A stretch of DNA of 64,000 nucleotides from Octopus vulgaris. Lineage: Eukaryota. Location of the stretch: assembly GCA_951406725.2 (NCBI GenBank), contig OX597825.1, positions 88,908,001 to 88,972,000 of the forward strand, read 5' to 3'. Below are positions 50,445 through 64,000 of the stretch, piece after piece (the stretch's first letter is position 1; each line of letters starts with the position of its first letter). The notes beneath the pieces were generated by a model, which saw nothing but the letters and a program-made list of their open reading frames with translations, was not told the origin of the DNA and ran no database searches. The position numbers were made by a program, and so were the translations under genes.

Positions 50445-50670
50445 CGTGTTTTATTTAATATCTCATGCAAACGTCATGCCTTAGTTTAGACGTTTCAGAC
50501 AGAATTTGCACCCTGTTGAATCAAGGTGAACCCTCTTCCTCTCCAGGCTCTAATAAATTCACTCTGCCATACCCCATTCACGACAGGGAAAACAAAAAAG
50601 AAACCAATTCTTTATCTACGTACACTGCCATCGACTCGATCTCGACTGTGACGTCATTCTACAGGTTCGT

Positions 50671-50905
50671 AAGGCGTCGAGCTGGTAGAAATGTTAGCAC
50701 GCCGGGCGAAATGCTTAGCGGTATTTCGTCTGCCATTACGTTCTGAGTTCAAATTCCGCCAAGGTCGACTTTGCCTTTCATCCTTTCGGGGTCGATAAAT
50801 TAAGGACCAGTCACGCACTGGGGTCAATATAATCGACTTAATCCATTTGTCTCTCCTTGTTTGTGCTCTCTGTGTTTAGCCCCCTGTGGGTAGTAAAGAA
50901 TTAGG
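50671..50905 (+). mobile_element. Family A SINE (tail type 1), near consensus
   Basis: A box, B box GAGTTCAAATTCC, GACTTTGCCTTTCATCCTTTCGGGGTCGATAAATTAAG, tail ...gtgggtagtaaagaa. Confidence 0.9.
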
Positions 50906-52974
50906 TTAGTAATTTTATCTTCCCCAACTTTTATATGTTACCAAATATACTATTGCATCTTTTTCTTCTTAATGCAGCATTGATTAGAAATCATGTTTAT
51001 ATATATGTATGTGTGTGTGTGTGTGTGTTTATGTGTGTGTGTGTTTGTGTGTGTGTGTGCATGTGTGTATGTGTGTGCGCGTGTATGTATGTGTATATTG
51101 TATAGCTCGTCAAATTACCAGAGTAGACAGACGTTTGTACTTATGGATGGTCGACGTGAGAAGGTGTGCGTGTGTGTGAACATAGGCAATGAAAAATAAC
51201 AGCTTACACCATTGATGTTTTCAGATTCTGATACCGCCATGGACAAGAATAAAATATATTTTATACTTTTTAACTTGTAAAATACTACTGTAATTTCAAA
51301 CACCGATAACCCAGACATGAACACACGTTTAGAACAATTAAAGAATAACATGAAATAAATATATTTTAGTATTGCTCTGTGCCACTTTTAACCTTTCACT
51401 GCTAGTATAGATATAATAACGCGTCTAATCACAGGCATATATCGAAGAAAACGGTTGCAGAATAAGAGAATGGACACTTTCTCCCATTTATTTCATGGCC
51501 AAAACAGTGTCAGTGAAACGCTGAGAGGTTCGTTATGGAGCATTTATATTTAATATTGATGTGTGCTGATTACTTGAATCGAACGTTTTCCAGATAAAAT
51601 GCATCCTGGTACTTGTATTTGATCTCAAAAATTATTAGTTAGTCCTGACATCAAATAGCAATGAGGTCAATAGTGCTTTCATATCCACCGATGTTCGCAA
51701 AAAGAATTAAGTATTAATTATTCAGAGAAATACCCTTTAACCTCAACAGAGAGTATGTGCGGCTTTGTGCCAACTTAGTGATGTTATATTAAATGTCTAT
51801 GTTACATCTCAGGGAAATTCGTTCAATAACAAAAATTCAGGAGGGTTTTTACAGCTATTTCTTTTTCTAAGCATTTTTTTTTATTTGTAATTGTGGTTTG
51901 ATAATCATTAATCGTTCCAAATCAGTATCCCTGAATTGTACAGTAATTTAAGATATTGCAAACATTATGTCAGCAAATAATCGCTTGCCTGCCATGATGC
52001 TGCAGTTTTAAAGAACAGAAGACGATTTAGCTGGCCAGCATCTAACAATATGTATCTGAGTAGACATAGCCATTGATTATATCTGATATAACGAACACAC
52101 AACACCTGAACAAAGGTCGATAGTTGAGAATAGAGCGCATCTCAATAATAATATTATAGCGTTATGTTCTCACTTTTTTGCCGCTGTTTTTCTATTATTC
52201 ATGATTTTTTACGACTTTCATGTCTATTGGATACTGTCGATGCATTACTGAAAATTGGTAATGAATTGCGATGCAGATGAAACAGGTGTTTAATAAGTGA
52301 TGTGTCTCAGGTATAAAACATGGTTTTATGTATTTATTATATATTTCAGTTGGCGGTCGCCTTCGACCTTCGACCAAAACCTAACAGAATGGGGAAGAGA
52401 GTGCGATAATTGGTTGAAGTACTGGTTGATCTAGTTTCGCATCATAGAAGATATTTCGAAAGTTGTGCAATATGAAAATCTTTTCTTTCCTTCTAAAAGT
52501 TTTCAGCAAACTTTTGACACATTTTCATTGTGATAAAATTTCCCTTTGGATAAAATGCATAATACAATTTAGTCTGAGTTAAACGGACATCCATTTTTCT
52601 TCTTCTGCAAAGACTTGTTACTGGTCCTTACTGAATCCATTAGAATACGAAACAGTAAGACACTGACTATATTTGAGGCGAATATTACAGCCAACCAATC
52701 TTTACATTCATAACGCAAACAGAACAATTACTGCAACAGCAGCAAATCAAATTCTGATTTCCGTAACTAACACACGTCACATTCTTTAATGTTCATTAAC
52801 TTTCGACCTTCATGCTTCATATCCTTGAAACCAATCCTTTCTAATCAATCACAGACAATCTTCGTACTGGTACTGGTAGTGGTAGTAGTAGTGGTGGTGG
52901 TGGTGGTGGTGGTGGTGGTAGTAGTTATAGTAGTAGTAGTAGAAGGCGATGAGCTGGCAAAATCGTTATTATGC

Positions 52975-54609
52975 TCTCCCTCCCAAAACCACATCAACAG
53001 CAATGACATGGAGAAAGAAGGGCTGAACGATCAATGGAACCCATTGACCAAGGTGGGTCGGCGAAATAGGAGGTGAGTCTCTATGGCCCTACTCCAAAAA
53101 GTCAACAAGAACTTATTCTGAAACCACAACTGCAACACAATTCACGACCACTCCAACAAAACAAGCACAAAATCAACAACTTCAAAAACAGCAACATCAT
53201 CAACAACTGCATGGAATCACAGAAATAACCAAAAGTACTCATCAGATTGTAGACGAAATGTTTTTACTCAATTTGACTGTTGTGAACAAAGGTAACAATG
53301 AATTGATGGATTTTGTAAGTAAAAACAGAAGCAAAATAGAGGGAAAGGAATTTGAGGATATCACCCTCAAAGCCCCAAGGACAGTTTCTTAATTAAAACG
53401 TCGTCAGACGTTTATAAAACTGTAATACAAAAATTCCCAGCTAACGTGGGGATTAAGAAAAAATCTGTTGATAAAAGGCCGTCGAAAGGGACTTTTAAAA
53501 GATCTTCCATGCTTCTCGAAATTCAAAGAGATTAATCTCCTCATTTTCGTTCTCCAACTGGCATGGATATGCTGAGAATGGAGTTTGTGAATGTGCGTGG
53601 TCTGGTATCAGCTTCGAAGCAAGGTCACTTGCTCATCGATCTCAGGTCACCTGATTTGGGTGTGGCTCTAGCACCCATTTTCGAGGACCACGAGGTATTC
53701 TCATCTTGTGGTCAATAGGGAATATGTAGCGGTATAGCATCGCTACTCTGGAAATCCTGAGATCTCCAAGTAAATCTATCTTCATGGATCCGGATTATAA
53801 AAGTGGTGGTTATGGATGTAAATAGCAGCGAAGGTGGCGATTTTAGACTGGTGGCGGTTTATGGCCCAACAGGAGTTGGAAGGCCGGATTTCTTCAGGCG
53901 TCTACAAACTTTCTTGGGGAGATCTCGCACTTTAGTACTAGTGAGCAACTGGAATAGTATTTTGGACGGACGGAAGGATTGTATGGGTTTAGTACATAGT
54001 AGAAGGATGTGTAAGAGCCTCGAAAACCTGCTCAGGACTTACTAGCTTTCTGACAGCTACCGATTGGATGTCCCTGATGTGCCAGTGTGGACATAGAGCA
54101 ACCACAACGGGTCATCCAGATCGTATTTAGATAGGGTATTTGGTAGGTTAGAGAATAAGGATAGCATAGGTTGTGTGTAATCTAAATTGGTCGCCTACAC
54201 AGTTCATAAATTTGTGGTATGTTCAATCCATCTAGCTAAGCGGCAGTTGATGGGAGTTATCGTCTACAACCGATGGTGAATCGCTCTGAAGGAAACGATT
54301 AGAGTAGAATCGATAGCGTTTAGCTACAAGAAGAAATAGATTGGCGGGAGAACTTGTTAGCAGACTAGAAGATGCTATTAGTAAAGGAATCGCAACGGAT
54401 GTATTAGCGGCGAGAAAGGCCCTTGACCATTTCTTTGAAGCGAAACACAAAGGATGTGTCGTCAGACCTAAAGCCAGTGCACAAAAACAAGAGGAACCAA
54501 AGCCGTCCGATGGGCTCGAAAGGTAGAGTCGCAACATGGAAACGAAACCACGATCAAGTCTTTGACGGATCAAGACGGACATATGCTACTCGGTTCTGCG
54601 CGGCTGTTC
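52975..54609 (+). mobile_element. Tx1/L1-clade LINE 5' fragment (endonuclease region)
   Basis: VNVRGL, FRLVAVYGPTG, SNWNSILD, SRSYLDRVF, AKHKGCVVR. Homologous to 20455-21500. Confidence 0.75.
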
Positions 54610-54775
54610 GAGGAGGAAACTGGCAGAATCGTTAGCACGCCGGACAAAGTGCTTAGCATCATTTCGCCCGTCTTTATGTCCTGAATGCAAATGTTACCCA
54701 GCTCCCCTTCTGTGTTTGATTAAATAATTAGAAGTTGAACACAGTGATCGAGTAATCAAATCTCTCCTCAAAAAT
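54610..54775 (+). mobile_element. Degraded family A SINE
   Basis: Head ctggcagaatcgttagcacgccggacaaagtgcttagc. Confidence 0.65.
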
Positions 54776-57700
54776 TTCAAGTCTTGTGCACACAGTAGAA
54801 ACGATCATTGCGTTCATGATTATTATCATCAGGCCAGTGTTTTCTCATAGTCGGATAATTCTTTTTCAGCTCTTTATGTATAGAGTTTATATCAACACTG
54901 GCTTTTACTTTTTCGAGGTCTATAAAAGTAAAGTGTCGACTAAATACGATTTCAGCACTGAAAATATTTGGCCTTCTGCTCATCTTTTAAGCAATTATTA
55001 TTTTATCTCTAAAGGAAGACCTTTGCATTTCTGGTTCTTGTTACAACTGTGGTCTCAGTTCAGTTCATGACACAATAATGATTTTACCTAGATAGTTGGC
55101 ATTATTTTTTTACACCTCTTATATTCACTGTTTTACTTCGTGTCACGAGGCAAATGTATAAAATAGTAAGTTTTCTGAAATAGAGAATCAACCGGATATA
55201 AATGCGTCGGATTTAAATCTCCCAAATATGGTTTTCTACGACTAATATTTTTCTAACTGAAACAGTGACAATAAAACGAAATATAATGAAGCCCATTATA
55301 AAGTATTCAGTGATATTTGTTCATGAAAATAGAACATGCGGTATCTTTACTTAAGCAGAACCTGTTTGAATAGCATACTCTTTGTACCATCAAGTCGACG
55401 AATATATCCCGCTGATATCCTCGACAGTGTCTGTCAATGATATCACTTTGGATATTTCGACAAACAATTCAAATGTATATTCTACTGCATCTCCAATGTT
55501 ATTTCTTACAACTTCTCGTCGTTTTATGCAAGCAAGTTCTTCCTATTTGCCATAGAGTACAGAACGTGAAGAACTGGGACAAATGTTATTTTAAAAAAAG
55601 GCTTATGCTCTACAACAGAATATATTTTTTCCGTCGATGAAATAAGGTACCTGGACTGCAACTTTATTTTATAAACCGAGGGAAATAGAATCGGTAAAGC
55701 CATACTTGATAAAGAAATAAACTCAGAATGTTTTAAGCTGGACAATATTGCAAAGTATTTTCTTCGATGCTCGACCCATTTTGCAAATTCGCTTCTTGTT
55801 TCACTTGCAGATCGATTAACTATTTCTTATAAGCAAGAACATGTTTTTTTACATTTATAGATCTTCAGGTTACTTTCTCATTAAAGAATATTTCGCTTAT
55901 GGTTTCGAATTTATTCTATAGTTAAGAGTGTTTTAAAGCTCGATATTGCCAACCTCGTGACCAGGATACTAACATGAGCGATAATGGCTGAAGGAGAAAT
56001 TTGGGTTCTGCTGTCACTGAAGATGTATCAGGTGAAAGTAAATTGGCTGCTAGTCGTGAATAAATGGTTTGTTGATGCTTTAGTTCTACAAGATTTCAGA
56101 TATTTCTTCAATACTTTAATATCTTTGGTTACTTAGAAGATTAAAGTATCGATAACTCAAATATCTGCTTTTATACTAGAATCAAACTAGAGTATCCTTA
56201 CCTAACATAAATATCACTTCAACGAAATAAATAGTTTTAGGAATCGATTACCACCGAAATATGTAACACACAATATTCCATTCCGACCCCCTAAATTGGA
56301 AGTCAGATACATTCGGAATTAAATATGTATTTTGGTACCTAATCCGTCTTTATAACAGGGGGTGTATCGACTGAAGTACACGCAACAAATTTCTGGCTTT
56401 AAACTCATTCGGCTTAATCACACAAATTTTAGGGTGAATTTCCACCTTTGTTCAGCAAAATAAATTATTAATGAGGTCCTTTGTACAGTGAATATGAGAA
56501 CAAGTTGAGCCCAGCAAAAGATGTCGTTATTTAGTTGTGTTCATAAGCATTCTGTCCCCAAATACGCCTCACCCCAATCTTTCTTTGATTCCTTGATTTC
56601 CTGGTTGGTCTCATTACTAACAGTAAGGACTACAACATTTGAAATGCCAAGTCTATTTCAAAGTTAGTTACTATAAATACTATTTCTCACGATTAACATT
56701 TTTCTCAGTGTGTTAATCGATGTATTCTATACGGATTGGTTATGCGGTGTGTATGGCAGAACGATTAAATTTCTTTTGAAATTCTGCAGTAAGAAAATAT
56801 ATCGATGCTATAATGTATTTTAAATTACACAATACAAAGAAATTTATGTCAGCATCCTATCGACATCCACCCTAAATAAGATCCTGACAATCGATGATTT
56901 GTAAACGATCAGTGCCAATTTTCTTGGTTTCTGTTGCTAATCTTCTTAAGAAAACAAACAATATCCATTCAGATTCTCTTCCCTTTTTAAAATCGGAAAT
57001 CGTAGAACGTCGAACAAAGAAAAGAAAATATCACGGATAATGTTTCGTTGGTAGAATGCAAGGCGCCGAACTCGATAACTTGCCATGAAGTGTTCTCTCA
57101 TTTGTTGTTGCCATCGATCTTTAAAAGACAGCTATTATAAGATAGAAAATGTTAAAAATTATATATATATATATATTGAGATATAAGCTTTTTTGCTAAT
57201 CATTTTATAGTAATTACCCTTTATTTGCAATTTTAATTCACTTTCAGAGGAACAGAGCGCCATAGTTCTTTAAGAACGAACGGTAAATATTAAGTTTTTT
57301 TCAATTTACAAATTATTTCACCAAAACATAGATTTTTCGGAAACAAAAAAAGAGAAGGTATTTCTGATTAAGTAATGCCAGAAAATCGGAGTTTTCGTAA
57401 AACAGTTTATTTCAAATAAGTGTTAAGTTCATTGTTTCGTTGTAAAAGCCTTTATAACTTTTATTTGTTATAAGAAAAGATGTTAGATTACATAACGGTT
57501 TCCTAATATCTATATTAATGTTTTTGAATATATTTCTCTATTCAAATCTTGAAAGAATGATGAAAAGTATTAGATCTGAAACTGAAATACATTAATGCGT
57601 TCAAAAACTCTAAAGTAATTTTTGAATGTAAACGGAGAAAATAAAAGAATGCCAGACTGAACAGGGAGAAGCAAATGGAAAGAGAAACAAAGGTAGAAAA

Positions 57701-58081
57701 TAATAATCAAAGGAAAGAAAAGTTTTTGTTAAAAAAATCCGAATTATAGTGCAGGCATTTGCAAAATTAAGAACAAATCATTTCAAATTTATAAAAAGCA
57801 ATCTGACGCAAGATGTTAAAATATATTGTGAATGGATAAAAGAATACTGACAACTGAAAGATTATTCAGCAACATATTGCGTATATGAAATATTTATAAG
57901 AATATATAAATTATTAAAATGTTTGTCTATGTATCATTGTTTGCGTGCATAGAAATATAAATATATTGAGCTATAATTATCTCTGTGCGTGATGGGTGCC
58001 TTTAAGTGGGTATAACTATTTACATAACTGTGTGTGTGTGTGTATGCAAGCTATATAGTTATACACTCATTTGTACACACA

Positions 58082-58123
<42 letters not shown>

Positions 58124-58700
58124 CAGAAACACATACACACATACGCATACATACAAACAAACAGATAAACACACATGCACGCACATATATACTCATGTAT
58201 ATATATTGCTCATGCATATGATTGTGTATGTGAGTAGGTGGTGTGGGCCGTTACAATTTCAGCGAAGGAAGCCAGACTGGAGGCGAATAGTTACGTAAAT
58301 ATAAAGAGATATACATTAAAATAAATATGGAATAAAGAGTATACGGACCGTTAAAGAGAAACGGCAGAGAAAGTGATAAAACACTTGATATAAAACTGTG
58401 GGTATTATGAAAAGATGATTGAGTGGGGGAAATTAATTCATATTTCCCATTTCTTAAAGCAATAAATTACAAAGAATTACCGAAGTTCACAACGAGAGAC
58501 ATTAAATATATATATTTAATGATGACGATACACGTGTGGAAACATTAAAGCCAATTTAATGCAAAGTCTTCGACTTTTTTAACAATGGGTCTCCTATATA
58601 AATTGTAATATCGATTTTGGTTTATGCAAGTCGCAAATAGAATTGTAAAATTCTACAATAAATGCTATAATATCAGAAAAGCACCGCAATGATTGGTTTC

Positions 58701-58766
<66 letters not shown>

Positions 58767-59118
58767 CAATAGATGAGATTCAGAGATTCTCGATATCGGG
58801 AGAACTTAGTGGAGTTCCAATGATTCGGACTTAAGCCCCGACATCTTTACGAGGGACAAATTCTCTGGGGTAAAGAATGGTGATGAGACAAATACACTTG
58901 AGAAGCCAATTATGCGGCTAAACAAATTAAATATAACATTTTGGGTTTGATATACAACATATCTATCTATCTATCTATCTACATATATATACATATATTT
59001 ATGTTATATTCCGTTAGAAACGTGGCAGGGTGCAGTATAAAGCTCGTCCACATTCAGAATTTTCCAGTGCTATCGGTAGTATTATTATATACTTCCAAGT
59101 TTAAATATGGACATTCAA

Positions 59119-59236
<118 letters not shown>

Positions 59237-59283
59237 AATTGGTAATGGTAGAAAATGCTAAAATAATTTTGTAAAAAACATTT

Positions 59284-59319
59284 CAGTACTGGTTTCCGTC
59301 ACTGAGACTTTTTCAACTG
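59284..59319 (-). ncRNA. Minimal hammerhead-like motif with U3-A8 core
   Basis: Minus strand reads CAG-TTGAAAA-AGTC-TCAGT-GACG-GAAA-C-CA-GTA-CTG. Confidence 0.5.
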
Positions 59320-59454
59320 TAGGTATGGAAAATTATTACATTTGGGAAAAATTATAGAATATTTGCATAGTGTTCAAATACAAGTGGCATTTTCCTGCCT
59401 CTCTACCTCTTGTTTACTTTTGTGGGTTCGAGGACGTTGAATATTGAATATTGT

Positions 59455-60020
59455 TGTTCGCTATGGTCCCCCATAGGATACAGAATATTATGAAAATTGA
59501 AGCTCCCCAGGGATCAATCAAAAATAAATAGATGACATGACAATCTTAAATATTAGGATCGAATGAAAAAGCTCAGGCTTTACTTCCTTCAACATTGCCG
59601 CAATCGCTGTATCATCTGAATGATGTGGAAAATATTCTATCAACATTGTTCAAATGATATAGGTATCATCTTTATAGTTCTTTCGAGGTTTGATCTCCGT
59701 GTCATCCGTCCACTACAGTAATTCTGTTCGTGTCGTATTACAACACTACGACACAGCTATTTCACCTGAACTGGCTGTGATCTCTTCAACATCTTGCCAG
59801 CCCACGTAAAGGAGGAAAGTGATTTCACGGCATTGAAAAGGTCCCCAGATGATTGCCACCAATAAATACCAAACAAACCACTCACACCCGGATGTCTCTG
59901 AAAACAATAACTCTCTGCTCCAATGGTGTCTAAGATCTGACTGTGTATCTCTTCCAGGTGGTGCTATTAAATGAGACATGGCCTGGGCCAACTTCGGGTG
60001 AAACTCATCTAAGTAAAATG
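59455..60020 (+). mobile_element. CR1/L2-group LINE 3' fragment, different subfamily
   Basis: LWSP, KIEAPQ, DRMKKLRLYFLQ..R.R.II..MWKI; tail ggtggtgc..catggcc..tgaaac. Confidence 0.6.
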
Positions 60021-60066
<46 letters not shown>

Positions 60067-60166
60067 TGTATGTATGTATGTATGTATGTATGTATGTATA
60101 TGTGTGTGTGTATACATACATACAGATACACACACACACGTACGCACACACACACACACACACACA

Positions 60167-60257
<91 letters not shown>

Positions 60258-60339
60258 AACTCTTCTATTTGTTCGACGTATGAGGCTCCGATAACGTACT
60301 CTTACTTTGTCAGTCACAATGCTTACGTCGAATGTGACA

Positions 60340-62050
60340 TTTAATTCCCGCTAACCATTTGCAAAGGGGGCCACAGGTGCAGCAAGTACGAGGATTACAG
60401 GTCACTGCAGATGTTATGTTTTCAGCCGCTTTTCTCCTTTGCCTTGCACCTCGAAGCATGTCGTTCCATGTCTGTTCGCTTAAATGTGTTGTGAGCTGTC
60501 TTCATTTCTAAGAGGTTACTCTTCAGCGTGTCCTTATATTTGACCCATGGTTGACCAACATTCCTGTGCCCACTCTCAAGCTGGCTGTATATGAGGACTT
60601 TGGTTAGTCTTTCATCACTCATTCTGACGACATGGCCAGCCTAGTGAAATTGTGATTGCATAAGGAAGCTGTCGATTGCACCAATCTTACGCATGCCAAA
60701 CAGGTCGGCATTAAAAACTGTCACTCCATAGGCGATGACGGAGTCTGCCAAATGCGTTGGTTCCCCTTTGAAAGATTGTTGACGATTTCATCATGAAGAG
60801 AATCGCTCAAATTCACTTTACTAACAAGATATGTAAATGACTTCACATAATTTAGGCTTCTCACATCAACCTGTATAGGAGTGTCAGGAAAGTGTTGGCC
60901 TCTGCTTGACACCATGAATTTGTTTAGGTGTAGGGCAAGTTTGGTGGATTACTTCTGTCTTCTTCATGCTGATGGTCAAACCAACGGCTTTAGATGCAGC
61001 AGAAACCCGGTCTAGACGTTCCTGAACTACTTCTAAGGAGGTCGCTCCTAGTGCAGCATCACGAATGATTCTGGTACGTAGCAGTGTTCTGACTTTGAAA
61101 AACTGATGATTGAATAGTCCACCACTTGTTCTAAACTGGAATTTAACATTACTTTGTAGGTCACCAAATGCATACCTCAGCATAACTGAAAAGAGGAATC
61201 CAAACAAAAAAGGACGGGGGCATAACATACCATGTTTAGTGCCGCTTGTAACGTCGAAGGAAGCCGAAGATTCTTCACCTGGCAGGGCAGCAGCCTTCAT
61301 TCCATCGTGAAAGGAGATGATGACATTCAGCATCTTGTCAGATATACCAAGCTTTTTCAGAACTTACATTACTGCTCGCCGGCTAACAGTGTCGAAGGCC
61401 TTAGTAAGGTCAACGAATACCATGAACAATTCTCTATTTTCCTCACGTACCTTATCCATGACCTGTCTATGAGTTGCCAATGCTTAGGTCTAGTGTGCAT
61501 CCAGGTCGTCTTGCAATATAGTATTTGTGAAGCATAGACTAAATTCCCTGCAGATGGAAGCACAAGCAGACCGCTGCAATTCATTTGACCTACACTATAG
61601 CGATCAAGTACAACCTATGTAAAGAGAGAAGGAATCTAGCTACTTCTGTCTTGATGGCAAAATCAACACCACAGTCGCGTGGCTCGTCCTCATTTCTTCC
61701 AAACCAGAAAAATATGTAGACACCTTTACTTTCTTCTAACTCTGATGATCCTGCAGGACCTGTTTCATTGATTGTAATTATGTCAATATTGTATTTCTTT
61801 AGTTCAAGGGCAAAAAGTGCTCTTTTTCATTCTGTTGCGGAGCGGCCATCTTGGCGAGTGCGCACATTCCAAGAACCAGGATTAATATTCTTAGATTTCT
61901 TCCTGTTTCAACTGCTGTACTGAAGAACCAGAGCTGCAGCGGTCTGACAAGTTTAAGGTGAGTAAGCAATGTTTGGGGCTCCATTTCTCGCACCTTCCCC
62001 TGTTGTAGAACGCAGTACTTTGTCTAAATAGACCTGCTTTGTCACCGCTA
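60340..62050 (-). mobile_element. RTE/BovB-like LINE, internally deleted
   Basis: GSWNVRT, ELKKYNIDI, FVDLTKAFDTV, SFHDGM, FRTSGGLFN, GLTISMKKTEV, MSDERL.K..IYSQL..G.R..GQP...YKDTLK. Confidence 0.85.
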
Positions 62051-62619
62051 GAAGCCACAGACAGCACAGTTACTCACAAGTTCTGTGTTGGATCGGCTAT
62101 TAATCAATAGTCGCCTACTATGTTGAGATCCAGTAATATTCTTTACCTGTCCCTGCAACTTTCCCTCTCTCGTCAAAGGACTTTTTGATTTTTGAAAGTT
62201 GAAGCTGTGCCGTATTGAATGAATAAATGTAAGTTGTCAGAAAACCCACATGTGATTTGATTTGAGTGTTGAAAGCCAGTGTAGAATCAGCCACAATTTT
62301 TGGAAGTGATGATAGGAAGACTATGGTGCACATATGTGCCACAATACCAAGAACAACACTCCTCAGGCTTTTTCTTCAGAGGTTTCCATCTCCTAGTCAA
62401 GCCGCTTTAAATAAGCTGGAGAGATTAGTCTACCCATGTGTCAGAATTTGCTGATTGTACAGCTTTATTCAGGAAACTCTCAGCAAACAAAGATTGGATG
62501 CATTCACCACGGTTAAGGAGCCCCATCTGCCCTCTAATATATGAAATTAAATACATCAAGTTTAAAATATTGATAAAATAAGATAAAACAGTAAATACAT
62601 ATACACATCTTGGTTGGAT

Positions 62620-62825
62620 GGTCGTTGGCTACTCATGACTTCCTCTGCCCTTTTGACAGGTTTTACTTTTCGTCCGCGCGGTGTCCAGCAACCCCCTCCT
62701 CCTAAAGCAAGCTTGGTGGGGTTACCAGTTTAGTTGCTGACTACCCGACCATGTAACAGGTTGTATTGGGTTACATGTTTCCAGTAGCAAAGAAGAGCGA
62801 CTAAAAGTACTCGAGAGCGACCTGA
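62620..62825 (-). mobile_element. 5' fragment of the 29489-30405 retroposon family
   Basis: Reverse complement of gctactgg.aacatgtaaccca.tacaacctgtt.catggtcggg and aaccccaccaag. Confidence 0.7.
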
Positions 62826-63098
62826 TTATATGTATATTGCGATTGAGTCAACTGGCCATTTCTTTCTCCTAATTACTCCGTTCTTTCATCTCCACCGTTT
62901 GTAACCGCGACCAGGACTTTGTGACTTGGTAAGTCTATTCAATTCTGGTAGATAGCTTTTCACCATTGTTGAAATCGCCCTAACTCACGCCCACAAAATA
63001 GGCTGCAACAGGACTCTCTCTCTCCTCGCAACCTTTTTACCCTCAAGTGCATCCCCTTTTCCCTCTGTACTTACATACGTACATACATACATAAACAT

Positions 63099-63193
<95 letters not shown>

Positions 63194-64000
63194 TAAGCAA
63201 ATTATCAATATAAGGCTTAATTTATCAAACAAAATTCAATAAATTTCATCAAATAAATGGATTGAAGCAGATCAAATGTTAAAATGGATTATCCTTTTAT
63301 TCCATAACCCCAGACATTTGTTTCTGATAAAAAGGACCAATATTTCAATAAAAGAACATCACAAAGGTCAAATTTTTACTCTTGAGTAGGTGAGATTTTA
63401 AAGGAAAAATAAACAAAAAGACGTTTAAAATATAGATTGAATTTTTCTTAGTTATCATTATTATATAGGTGTTAGTATATGCTTTCTTCCAGTCACGAAA
63501 ATTTGAATCACGACTAGAAAATTAAAAGAGTTGGCTGTTTTAATATCTAATAGTTAATTCTTGACTTCCTCACTATGAAATCCAATAAATATATGTAGTT
63601 AAAAGAATCCCGCCAAATAAAATACTGGTTAAGATGTATGTGTATGTATAGTCAAAAGTACCAAATAAGGAGCTATATATTAATTCAAATTCATGTTTAA
63701 AATGTCTTAACTGTCGTCTATCGTATCTATTAAATTTCTAAGTAAATTACAAGTTAAAAATACAATGTGAAATCGATAAATAGTTTATATATATATTTGT
63801 TTGAATGTTTCTGAAAAGTCAATAATCAATACAAAATACAGGTATTATAAGTTGCATAATTTATCTAAAAACAGTTATATTTAATAGAATGAAAGCATAC
63901 GAATGAAACTTACCTACGTAGTATGAAGAAGAACAGAAGGAGGAGGAGGAGGAAAAGGAGGAGGAGGAAAAGGAGGAGTAGAACGAGGAGGAGGAGGTGA

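Noticed and set aside
50671-50760. tRNA-like A and B boxes
   Set aside because: These are SINE heads; no cloverleaf, and each is followed by a SINE body.
56030-56050. CTGAAGA...GAAAGTA hammerhead-like words near 56017-56040 (and isolated CTGANGA elsewhere)
   Set aside because: No stem I or stem II pairing.
57248-57282. Possible 35-nt exon (ctttcag|...ACG|gtaaat)
   Set aside because: Open only in phase 2, which does not match the phase-1 end of the 43524 exon without another unseen exon.

Overview
AT-rich, microsatellite-dense eukaryotic DNA. The SINE families and repeat landscape suggest a coleoid cephalopod, probably Octopus (inferred from my recollection of these repeats, not from a database search). 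Most ORFs in the supplied track are microsatellite artefacts. Host genes supported from the sequence: (i) a two-coding-exon, 140-aa divergent profilin-like gene on + (1347-1529 joined to 9409-9648); (ii) a weaker chain of three short phase-compatible exons of an unidentified gene on + (16722-16781, 40285-40330, 43495-43524). The rest is decayed mobile DNA. DNA transposons: a Tc1 relic with ~340-bp TIRs, a complete Chapaev3-like element (TIRs and TAA TSD) containing a palindromic mariner-derived MITE, and a full-length mariner. LINE relics: Tx1-like, CR1/L2-like, RTE and R4/Dong. There are also several tRNA-derived SINE families. The most notable signal is a set of minimal type-I hammerhead ribozyme motifs in short, mostly (TA)n-associated, Penelope/retrozyme-like elements. 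One is fully canonical (27231-27273, -), one has a long stem II (18744-18834, +), and two carry the compensatory U3-A8 core. Also notable is a 1.2-kb foldback element with a higher-order microsatellite in one arm.
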